The position numbers were made by a program, and so were the translations under genes. A DNA stretch of 64,000 nucleotides. It comes from a virus. Its lineage: Duplodnaviria > Caudoviricetes. The DNA lies in IMG/VR virus record IMGVR_UViG_2687453683_000002, positions 32,001-96,000 of that record; one strand, given 5' to 3'. Of the stretch, positions 38,354-45,594 are shown piece by piece. The notes under the pieces are model-generated. The model was given only the letters and a program-made list of their open reading frames with translations, made no database searches and was not told where the DNA came from. Every line of letters begins with the position of its first letter. Position 1 is the first letter of the stretch.

Positions 38354-39412
38354 TTAGCAATCTTCCGCAGAAACAGAACCAACTTCGTAGCGCTTGATAG
38401 AACCAAGCTTACCGTCCGGACGTTCAGGGTCGATTACAGTTAGCGTTACGCTATGCGTGGACGCTTGTTGACGTTGTGCGTCAAGCGTGAAGTTGGACTT
38501 CACACGGCATTGGAACAATTCGGTTTGATAACCTTGGATTGTACCGTCCTTCTGCTCGAACTGACCATCGTGAACAACGTGTACTGTCAACGGCATGTCC
38601 TTGTTTGTGATATCGAGGATATCAACAACTTCGTTCCGCTTGTAGTTGACGTAAATGTTTACGTCCTTGAGGGCCGAGTTGAACTTCAGAATGCCGCCAC
38701 TTACTACGTACTGGTCTTCAGTAGGCGTAGAGCTAGTCGTTTTCTTCAGCAATTTGTTACCTTGCAGAGTACGAACAGAAATCTGAGGGTCAACGTTCAA
38801 GGATGCTCCGTACACAAGATCAACAGTAAAGTCTGAGCCGTTCTGTTTAACCGTGTGCTTTTCTTCCAGCACCCACACGAAGCCGTCAGGGTCTGGTGTA
38901 ATCCCAGCCAGTGCCGCAGCATAAACGATAACAACCGTTTTACCTGCCAGCGCCATATCGAATACGACATCCTGACCCGTTACCGTAACGTCTGCACTCA
39001 GGTCAGCGCCGCCCACAGCACCCTCGAAAGACTTAGGTTTTGGAGAAGCGAGAGCGACTTGGGTAAGTTTCGCTTGATACGGAGAAGCGGAAGGGACTAC
39101 AAAGGTCTCAGTGACCATGCTGTAGGCCGAACCAGAAATACCTTCACGGAGTTTCGAGCCAGTAGCCAAACGTACAAGGTTAAGGTCGAACTTAGCGGAT
39201 TCCGCTGTGATATCAATTGTCTTCTTACGAAGCAACGTATCCAGTGCTACGCTAGAGTCGCCGCCCTCAATGTCCTGCATGTCCAGCTGAATATCCAGAC
39301 GCATGTTGTTCAGCGTACCGATTGTAACGAGGTCGTCACAGTTCGGGATTTTCGCCATGAACTTACCAGCGCCCTTAATCAACATTTTTTTGTTCTTAGT
39401 AACCTTACTCAT
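38354..39412 (-). CDS. Major tail (tube) protein with Ig-like insertions
   Basis: Position; tube-like N-terminus (KGAGKF...DIEGGDS...ITAESAKFD) and C-terminus (FTLDAQRQQASTHSVTL); followed by strong terminator. Confidence 0.8.
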   Translation of the reverse strand: MSKVTKNKKMLIKGAGKFMAKIPNCDDLVTIGTLNNMRLDIQLDMQDIEGGDSSVALDTLLRKKTIDITAESAKFDLNLVRLATGSKLREGISGSAYSMVTETFVVPSASPYQAKLTQVALASPKPKSFEGAVGGADLSADVTVTGQDVVFDMALAGKTVVIVYAAALAGITPDPDGFVWVLEEKHTVKQNGSDFTVDLVYGASLNVDPQISVRTLQGNKLLKKTTSSTPTEDQYVVSGGILKFNSALKDVNIYVNYKRNEVVDILDITNKDMPLTVHVVHDGQFEQKDGTIQGYQTELFQCRVKSNFTLDAQRQQASTHSVTLTVIDPERPDGKLGSIKRYEVGSVSAEDC

Positions 39413-39874
39413 TCAGAAAACCTCCTTATATTCATCTATCCCAATGGTGAAGCATATTTGGGTGAAATACTTGTAGGTGTTCTCTAGATCGATGTCATCT
39501 TCAGCACTAGTGACATACTCACCTTTGAACACACTTCCTTTCGGCATCCAGAAGTAATGATCGTCGAAAATCTGGCAAATACGGTCAGCGATGTTCACTG
39601 CCAGTTCCACGTCATCCTGTGTATAGATATCGAAGTCAACGATGAACCTATACTCAAGGTGATTCTCGCCTCTTGCGCCGGGATTTTTGTAGAACGTCAT
39701 CAAGGGCAAGTTGTGCTGAACGAAGTTCTGCGGCTTCTTTCTCTTCTGAATCTTCGTTCCCAATTCCTCCAGAGATGCGTCTGCCGCAAGCCCTAGCATG
39801 GCAAAAATCTCAGGATCTTGACGAAGCTTGGAATGAATACAGGCGTAAACATCAGAGACGCTGATCTTTCCCAC
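39413..39874 (-). CDS. Tail terminator/completion protein
   Basis: Directly upstream of tube gene; LPLMTFY...VDFDIYT motif; GTG start at 39874. Confidence 0.65.
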   Translation of the reverse strand: MGKISVSDVYACIHSKLRQDPEIFAMLGLAADASLEELGTKIQKRKKPQNFVQHNLPLMTFYKNPGARGENHLEYRFIVDFDIYTQDDVELAVNIADRICQIFDDHYFWMPKGSVFKGEYVTSAEDDIDLENTYKYFTQICFTIGIDEYKEVF

Positions 39875-39878
39875 ATCA

Positions 39879-40130
39879 TCACATCCTCTTATGAATGCTT
39901 CGTATACCAATATAAGTTGAAATGGGTATATTTCTAACCGCCCTGCGTACTGCGTTGTCCACCATTGAAATGAATTCATTAAGGCTATATTCGAACAGTG
40001 AGACGGTGGAATCTCTACCTAAATGGTTCTTTTTCATTCTATTAGGAGGGCTCCTGACGTTGAACTCATGGATGTTGTCGCCAAGTCTACCCACTGCCCA
40101 TAGGGTTTTTAGAAGCTAAGTGGCTGGTGT
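39879..40130 (-). pseudogene. 3' remnant of neck/head-tail joining gene
   Basis: No credible start; stop abuts the next gene; frameshifted upstream piece (PYGQWVDL). Confidence 0.4.
39908..39938 (-). promoter_or_regulatory. Putative late promoter (GTTAG-N17-CTTATATTG) for terminator/tube genes
   Basis: Motif match, one extra spacer base. Confidence 0.55.
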
Positions 40131-40168
40131 GTGTTCTATCGAGGACCTTCCATCCCAAGCGTACTTCT

Positions 40169-40507
40169 TTACTTGATTTCGATAATGGATGCCACAGGCT
40201 GGCTACCCGAAGTCATAAATAGCTTCCGAGCCTTGAACGCCTTTTGCTCCTTGAAAAGCAAACGTTGATCTTCATTGCCCACTCGGAGATTCGGTTTGTC
40301 ACTGACATAGATATCTCCGAAGCCCAAGTTCTCGACAATCAAGGTGGTATCTTCTTCTTGAGCGTTATAAATGAACTGACCCATGATAGAAAGTTGTTGG
40401 GTAAACTCTGCTACTACGTCGCCCTTCAATCCATCTAGGCTAACCGTTTCAGTCTCTTTCTCAGGGGCTTTAGAAGTCCTCTTCCGTTTGTTTGTTGTTC
40501 CTGCCAT
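40169..40507 (-). CDS. Hypothetical phage protein (112 aa)
   Basis: Intact ORF with RBS GAGGGGAG. Confidence 0.7.
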   Translation of the reverse strand: MAGTTNKRKRTSKAPEKETETVSLDGLKGDVVAEFTQQLSIMGQFIYNAQEEDTTLIVENLGFGDIYVSDKPNLRVGNEDQRLLFKEQKAFKARKLFMTSGSQPVASIIEIK

Positions 40508-40656
40508 TTTTAAAACGCTCCCCTCATTGTGATATGTAATAATTCAAACCAAGTAAAAAGTCGTCCACTAATTTCTGACCAGACTTGTGTTCAGACGGGT
40601 AAACATGTTCTTTCAGCATCCCAAACTCCTTACACCTTTCTATCTTTGTCACAAGT

Positions 40657-40746
40657 CATTATAGGGTGTAGACCTTTCGTTAACTTAAAGTAGGTCGTAT
40701 TTACCTGCTGTAAGTACATTATAGGTAGGTGGAGTCTCGCTTTAAC
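40657..40746 (-). promoter_or_regulatory. Two tandem putative late promoters (CCTATAATG at 40657-40665 and 40717-40725)
   Basis: GTTAA-N16-CCTATAATG at 40717-40746; GTTAA-N14-CCTATAATG at 40657-40684. Confidence 0.55.
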
Positions 40747-40839
40747 CGAAAGCTTTTAAAAACAAATAGCGTGACCCGCAGGGTAACGCCAAGCTTTGCC
40801 ATAGTTTTACTCAGTGAGTATTTTCACTACCCCTTGCCT

Positions 40840-41013
40840 ATGTTTTATTATTCTATATATCTTTCTTTTATATCTCTTAATCTTTTATATCTCTTTATAC
40901 GGTGTAAACTTTACAATACAGAACTCACAACAAATGCACTTTTTACACTTCATAGGGGTCTGTATGGTAAAACATACACTTCAGACCTGAATGGTAAACT
41001 GTACACTTCAGAC
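40840..41013. repeat. Iteron-like repeats with adjacent AT-rich strand-asymmetric tract (replication origin remnant)
   Basis: ATGGTAAAACATACACTTCAGAC (40964-40986) and ATGGTAAACTGTACACTTCAGAC (40991-41013); TACACTTCA also at 40944; T/C-rich tract 40840-40900. Confidence 0.5.
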
Positions 41014-41019
41014 ATAACA

Positions 41020-41255
41020 TGCAGTAAGTATCTGGCGGCTGACCTATTCGAGAGAGGGTTGAATGCTTCGGCTATTACCACATACCTTGGGTGACTAAGC
41101 TTCTGAGCGATGGTAGGAAGGAGTTCCCGTTGCAAGATGAAATCGTAAAGCTGACTAAACTGAGCAGGAAAACAGTTGTCATATCGTTACAGGCTTTGGA
41201 GGATTGCGGACTACTGGTCTACGTTTATACCAAAAGAAACAGAGCCACGGCGTAA
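41020..41255 (+). pseudogene. Disrupted winged-HTH (HTH_36-like, replication-initiator type) gene
   Basis: KYLAADLFERGLNASAITTYLG* then shifted frame EFPLQDEIVKLTKLSRKTVVISLQALEDCGLL. Confidence 0.5.
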
Positions 41256-41326
41256 GTTGCCTGTGGCTTTGTCTTTAGTTTCTGGATCCCCCCCATGAGG
41301 GAAGGCATTGGCCAGTGTTCCAGTTC

Positions 41327-41478
41327 TTCAGGGTCTTTTGCAAAGTCCATGTTCAAGTCTTCCCATTTGATGTTCGGGTTGATTTCCCTCGATGCCCGAT
41401 GACATTATCTCTGGAAACTCAGGGTCTTGTCCCTGCTTGTACTTGTACATCTCTTCCGAATCGGCAAATTCAGCTATA
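41327..41478 (-). pseudogene. Terminase large subunit-like fragment
   Basis: YKQGQDPEFPEIMS then frameshift AS(R)EINPNIKWEDLNMDFAKDPE, resembling the TerL xTWEVNP...F..DPE motif. Confidence 0.45.
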
Positions 41479-41628
41479 TCAATCCATCCCTTCTAAGTGC
41501 ATATCAAAACGTTCAATCATAAACTCGAAAACGGCAGACAGGTTTCCCTCAAAATAGTGGTCAGCTACCTCCTGCAAATACTTTTTATTCTCTGGAGTTG
41601 TTCTCAAGTAGATCCTCTCTGTTTTCAT
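41479..41628 (-). CDS. 49-aa ribbon-helix-helix-like DNA-binding protein (not in ORF track)
   Basis: MKTERIYLRTTPENKKYLQEVADHYFEGNLSAVFEFMIERFDMHLEGMD; ATG overlaps upstream TGA. Confidence 0.6.
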   Translation of the reverse strand: MKTERIYLRTTPENKKYLQEVADHYFEGNLSAVFEFMIERFDMHLEGMD

Positions 41629-41888
41629 CACGATAACCCTCTCTCCTTCATACACGGTCTACAGCCAGTGAGTGTTTTTGGCAGAACTTGCATCCGCTGG
41701 TTAGAATCATCTAACTCTTCAGGCAAGACCAAGTAGCCATATCGGTTCATGACTTTTCCTGTAATTTTACCGATACAATGGAGACAAAGCAGGGGTTCTC
41801 CTTGAAGCCCTTCGGCAACAAAGTTCTCCCTTGCTTTATCTGTGACGTACCTGAACTCGCACTTAATGCACTTGACTAGCTTATCCAC
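41628..41888 (-). CDS. Cys-rich zinc-finger-like phage protein (86 aa)
   Basis: CIKC...CLHC...CRPC. Confidence 0.6.
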   Translation of the reverse strand: MDKLVKCIKCEFRYVTDKARENFVAEGLQGEPLLCLHCIGKITGKVMNRYGYLVLPEELDDSNQRMQVLPKTLTGCRPCMKERGLS

Positions 41889-42403
41889 TTTACGTCAATC
41901 CCTTTGTTCGACTTCTTACCGGAAAGAGTCAAGTGTGCTTGAGATGGGAACGATTCTTCAAAGCCATCACGCTCCGCGTACTCCGCAGTGTTAACAATCG
42001 TATTTCGGCAAACCAGCCAAGGCTTCTCTTCTCGAACCAACAATCCATTGTACGTGTCAATAGCGGATCTCTTGATTGGCTTACTAAATTCCTTGTGCCA
42101 ATGCCTACAATATGTAACGTTTAAAGGTTTTACAGGCTCAAGCTTGTCCATTACAAAATAAATTGGTTCTCTTGGATACATATATTGTATATATATTCCA
42201 CCTTTACCGAGTTTTATGACTCCTTCAATATAGTCACCGTTCAGTAGATTACGAATGTTATGTTCATTAGTCTTGGCGAAGTCAATCGCTCTATCAAGCA
42301 ACCTAATATCAGCGGCTTCAGGCCCGATATGCGAATCATTAAGTAATAGTACATTCAAGTTCTTCACCAATGGGGCGTTAAAACCTGATTTCAGGTATTT
42401 CAT
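41876..42403 (-). pseudogene. Calcineurin-like metallophosphoesterase, internally deleted
   Basis: DSHIG and NGDYIEG motifs present; GNH motif missing; GHxH degenerated to RHWH. Confidence 0.6.
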
Positions 42404-42405
42404 TG

Positions 42406-42627
42406 TTATCCTCCTAGTCCAAGTAATTTTCTCCGTATCTCCGCTTTCTTCTTATCTTTAGCACAAGGTCGGCACTCGTAAATTCCCATGTACCTATCCA
42501 CTAACTCTTGATAAGGAACATTCAAGGTATCCGATAGACAGTGGATACATTTACTGCCTTCCGTCTCATAGATAGTGGCTAGAGCCTTTGCATTCTGCGT
42601 AATAAACCTTCCGCAACCGCATTTCAA
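42406..42627 (-). CDS. Cys-rich zinc-finger-like phage protein (about 73 aa)
   Basis: CGCG...CIHC...CRPC; TTG start after GAGGTG. Confidence 0.6.
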   Translation of the reverse strand: MKCGCGRFITQNAKALATIYETEGSKCIHCLSDTLNVPYQELVDRYMGIYECRPCAKDKKKAEIRRKLLGLGG

Positions 42628-42645
42628 TATGACCACCTCATTTAC

Positions 42646-42675
42646 CAATATAGGTAGGTTTGTTCGTACTTAAAC
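42646..42675 (-). promoter_or_regulatory. Putative late promoter (GTTTA-N16-CCTATATTG)
   Basis: Motif match at the head of the minus-strand gene run. Confidence 0.55.
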
Positions 42676-42960
42676 TTTTTGTACGTACTAGACGCAACCT
42701 TTCACGTAGATGGCTCGACTGCTGAAAATGTATAGAGCAACCTAGTGAGATAATTGAAAAAGTTTTATTAACTAGAAAGTACAATCCTAGACGTACATAT
42801 CAATCATGTGCAAGCCAACTGACCATTCTCGAAATTGACTAGTGTGAAAGACTTGGTGTTCGTGGCGAAATAGTAAACTTGTGTGGGGGTTGCTAGAGTT
42901 AAATATGCGGTGAGAACAGACGGACCCGTGCCAATGCGGGGGCGCGTGTTGATTCTCAGA

Positions 42961-43010
42961 GCGGTCTCATACGCCGCTTCTCAAGGGTTCAATTCCCGTC
43001 AAGACCAGCA
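42961..43010 (+). pseudogene. tRNA(CAT) 3' remnant
   Basis: Anticodon arm GCGGT-CTCATAC-GCCGC and T arm GGG-TTCAATT-CCC; no matching 5' acceptor strand; ends GCA. Confidence 0.6.
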
Positions 43011-43013
43011 TAT

Positions 43014-43091
43014 CGGGATGTGGAAAAGTTTGGAGTTCTCGCTTGCCTTGGAAGCAAGAGAACGCAGGTTCAAGTCCTGCCATTCCGACCA
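43014..43091 (+). tRNA. tRNA-Pro(TGG), phage-type
   Basis: Acceptor CGGGATG/CATTCCG, anticodon arm CTTGC-CTTGGAA-GCAAG, T arm GCAGG-TTCAAGT-CCTGC, discriminator A, encoded CCA; D stem has a mismatch. Confidence 0.85.
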
Positions 43092-43092
43092 T

Positions 43093-43167
43093 CGGGAAGT
43101 AGCTGAAATAGATTAGCGGCGGTGTGAAATACCGTAGATATTGGTGCGTTACCAACCTTTTCGACCG
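43093..43167 (+). tRNA. tRNA-Phe(GAA)-like, degenerate
   Basis: Acceptor CGGGAAG/CTTTTCG, anticodon arm GCGGT-GTGAAAT-ACCGT, atypical T loop TGCGTTA, ends CCG rather than CCA. Confidence 0.6.
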
Positions 43168-43209
43168 TATGCTCTCTTAATTTAATGGAATTTTATGTTC
43201 ATTTTTAAG

Positions 43210-43262
43210 TTATGCACTAATCTTAACTTCATTTATTTTGTGAAGTAAAGATTAGTGCATAA
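43210..43262. terminator. Long inverted repeat after tRNA cluster
   Basis: TTATGCACTAATCTTAACTTCA / TGAAGTAAAGATTAGTGCATAA. Confidence 0.65.
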
Positions 43263-43264
43263 AG

Positions 43265-43298
43265 AAAAATCCCTCACGCCATGTGGCGCAAGGGATTT
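43265..43298 (-). terminator. Hairpin directly after the glnA 3' fragment (probable native glnA terminator)
   Basis: AAATCCCT..CGCCA / TGGCG..AGGGATTT followed by T-tract on minus strand. Confidence 0.55.
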
Positions 43299-43303
43299 GG
43301 GGA

Positions 43304-43354
43304 TTAGTACAACGTGATATATTGATCGCGTTCCCATTGGTGGACTTGTGTACG
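43304..43354 (-). other. glnA: att site: duplicated 3' end of glutamine synthetase gene
   Basis: Translates RTQVHQWERDQYITLY*, the C-terminus of Bacillales GlnA; no upstream glnA frame. Confidence 0.85.
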
Positions 43355-43458
43355 GTTTATGTTCCTAGCTTTCAAATGGAATCATTTACTGTACCAAATC
43401 CGTGTAAATCAGCTTTTTCTCCTGTTCATTTTTCAAAGGATTTCTTATTTTATTATAG

Positions 43459-43491
43459 TTTTGTGGGCATTTTGTGGGCGCTTTTGTGGGC
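43459..43491. repeat. Three TTTTGTGGGC direct repeats (tyrosine-integrase arm-type sites)
   Basis: Copies at 43459, 43470 and 43482, about 105 bp from the att core. Confidence 0.75.
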
Positions 43492-43564
43492 GCCCATACC
43501 ATTTTCAAATATTATCTAAACCCATTTTGTACAAATAAAAAAAGTCTGTTTGAGTTTAGTATAT

Positions 43565-44971
43565 CTATTTCTCGTTGCCTATAAATTCGTCAAATGTTTC
43601 TTGGTTACAAAAGGCTACCTTCATATTTTGACGATCATAATCTCTATAACGAATTATCCTATTTTGTACTTCAAATATAAAGTTATATTCAATGTGTAAT
43701 TTACTCTCTGAGATTCTAATGTTCTTAATTAATTCTGAAATGAATTTACATACAAATTCGGTATCACTATAAATAAGTCTAGTTTTAATTTTTTCATTGA
43801 GAAATTTTTCACTTTCATCTGGGGTTTTCTCTATTTCTTTATAGTATTGAATCTTCAAATGTTGCTTAAATTTATTATATTGAAAATCATTTAAATCTAA
43901 AAGATATTTTTCATAAGTTTCATAAATTCTGACATTTTGGCTAATTAAACTATCAAAATCTCGCTCATTAGGCTTATATTCTCCCCTATCACTGTAAAGC
44001 CACTTCTTAAAATATGAGAAATTTCTAGCTAAATCACTAATAATAACGTTGAACGCACTCCCGAATCCATACTCATATAAGTCAACTTTACGATCAGTCT
44101 TATCTAAAATTATATAAGTTATTAATGGATTTTTAATAAATGGCATTTCCATGCCCATAGTGGTTTGAAAAAAATAATCATGCGGGAGTTCAAAAATTTC
44201 TACTGCACGTAATAAGTGTTCAATTTTAGGAAACCTTCTTCCTTCAAAATAATCATCAATAGCACTGATTTCAAAGCCCAATAAGATTCCTATTTCATAC
44301 TTAGTATATCTTGATTGATGGAATCGATAAATGGTGTTCAACTTATCAGCAAATTTAGAAACAGTAAACTGGAATTCACCTCTGTAGAACTCATCTTCCT
44401 CTTTAAACATAAAGCATTCTGATTTTTTATCTTTTAAGAACTGTATATCCTCAGTTTTTAGATTGTATTTTCCTATAAGGCTAACTTTGTGAATCAACAT
44501 ATTAATATCATCAATGTTAGCTTTTATAGAGCTAGCATTTCGACGGAAATAAATGGTATATTCACTTATAATTGCTTTACCTTTTTCGTTAAATAAGTTT
44601 ATTGGTGATACCATTACTTTGTCAGAATCATGTACATACAATAAACCTACAACCTTTTCGCCCTCATCATGAATACTATAATAGTTCAAGTCAAATATAA
44701 TTTGTTCACCTAACACACTTATAATTTTTTCACCTAGTGATGTAGGATCAATTTTTTTATCTACTCCTACAATTCCAGAATTATCATCAACACCTAGTAC
44801 TAGCCAGCCACCTCCACTATTTGAGAAGGCTAATATATCTTTCAGCATATTTGCAAACGCAATATTAGGACTTATATGTATGTCTCTTTTGTAATCCCAT
44901 TTATTATTCTCTGTTCCTAATCCAACCAACTCAAAAAATTTATCTTGAGAATTATACATGCTATCACTCAT
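43565..44971 (-). CDS. Schlafen/AlbA_2-domain protein with internal XRE-like HTH
   Basis: ENNKWDYK...KDILAFSNSGGGWLVLGVDD; YEIGILLG...YFEGRRFPKIEHL...YFF. Confidence 0.8.
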   Translation of the reverse strand: MSDSMYNSQDKFFELVGLGTENNKWDYKRDIHISPNIAFANMLKDILAFSNSGGGWLVLGVDDNSGIVGVDKKIDPTSLGEKIISVLGEQIIFDLNYYSIHDEGEKVVGLLYVHDSDKVMVSPINLFNEKGKAIISEYTIYFRRNASSIKANIDDINMLIHKVSLIGKYNLKTEDIQFLKDKKSECFMFKEEDEFYRGEFQFTVSKFADKLNTIYRFHQSRYTKYEIGILLGFEISAIDDYFEGRRFPKIEHLLRAVEIFELPHDYFFQTTMGMEMPFIKNPLITYIILDKTDRKVDLYEYGFGSAFNVIISDLARNFSYFKKWLYSDRGEYKPNERDFDSLISQNVRIYETYEKYLLDLNDFQYNKFKQHLKIQYYKEIEKTPDESEKFLNEKIKTRLIYSDTEFVCKFISELIKNIRISESKLHIEYNFIFEVQNRIIRYRDYDRQNMKVAFCNQETFDEFIGNEK

Positions 44972-45021
44972 CCTATAGATATAGTTTTCTTTATTAATAA
45001 TTGTTTACAATTTACCCCTGT

Positions 45022-45594
45022 CTACTCAATAGCTAAAGAGAAAAAAGGATTAGGCGTATTAGCATGAAAATCTAATATGTACCCCTTACTATTCATCATC
45101 TCATTCAAAATTTTAAATGTATCGGTATTAATCACTATAAACTCGGTTGTTTCAGCTAAACTAGGTCTTGATCTACCATCTCTCGATATATATTCAGAAT
45201 AGGAGATATTTAATCTCCCGTACAAATCTAACCTTTGTGGTGTGGTCATATAGATTCTTGAATATCTAATAGCAGATTGACATCGTTCTTGTTGAGTACG
45301 ACTCCACCAAAACTTTTCAAAATACTCAGATATCTCATGTTCATGTTCACTAAAAATACTAATTATACTCCAATCTTTTCTCAAGTAACAATCAGCAATA
45401 TTGACCTTATCACTGTATCGCTCTCTTCTTTCCTGAAGTATTTGTTTTAACTTCGGTTCTTCACTTTTATTCTTTAACTTTTCAGTTAAAGAAGGTCGAT
45501 GAGAGTTTCTTTTATTTTTATCATATGCTCTTACAAGCTCTCTTGCTGTCGACCTAGCTAATGCCCTTGTTAAAATATCGATTAATTTTGCCAA
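45022..45594 (-). CDS. Hypothetical protein (190 aa)
   Basis: ORF with RBS GGAGG; AT-rich; co-oriented with the Schlafen gene. Confidence 0.65.
   Translation of the reverse strand: MAKLIDILTRALARSTARELVRAYDKNKRNSHRPSLTEKLKNKSEEPKLKQILQERRERYSDKVNIADCYLRKDWSIISIFSEHEHEISEYFEKFWWSRTQQERCQSAIRYSRIYMTTPQRLDLYGRLNISYSEYISRDGRSRPSLAETTEFIVINTDTFKILNEMMNSKGYILDFHANTPNPFFSLAIE

Larger units (their letters stand above)
1..43167 (-). mobile_element. Headless, sheath-less phage tail locus (domesticated large-siphophage remnant / putative giant F-type tailocin); continues left of window
   Basis: Uninterrupted co-oriented tail genes 1-39.9 kb in siphophage order (terminator, tube, chaperones, TMP, Dit, Tal, baseplate, fibres); only fragments at 39.9-43.2 kb where head/packaging genes are expected. 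Confidence 0.8.

Noticed and set aside
196-39864. Numerous plus-strand ORFs in the track across the tail locus
   Set aside because: Antisense shadows of long minus-strand genes, with no RBS or recognisable motifs
37407-40507. Contractile (R-type/PBSX/eCIS) system
   Set aside because: No sheath gene beside the tube gene and no baseplate J/wedge or LysM genes recognised
43014-43091. tRNA-Pro as the integration site
   Set aside because: No duplicated tRNA 3' end seen; the glnA duplicate with arm repeats explains the boundary better
1-43167. Holin/endolysin, sigma factor or integrase for the tail locus
   Set aside because: None recognisable in this window; may lie left of position 1, so absence is not claimed
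40900-43491. CRISPR array from the short repeats at 40964-41013 and 43459-43491
   Set aside because: Too few, too short, no spacers of CRISPR length and no cas genes
42883-43519. ORFs 42883-43116, 42967-43155 and 43283-43519
   Set aside because: They overlap tRNAs, the att core and arm repeats; spurious
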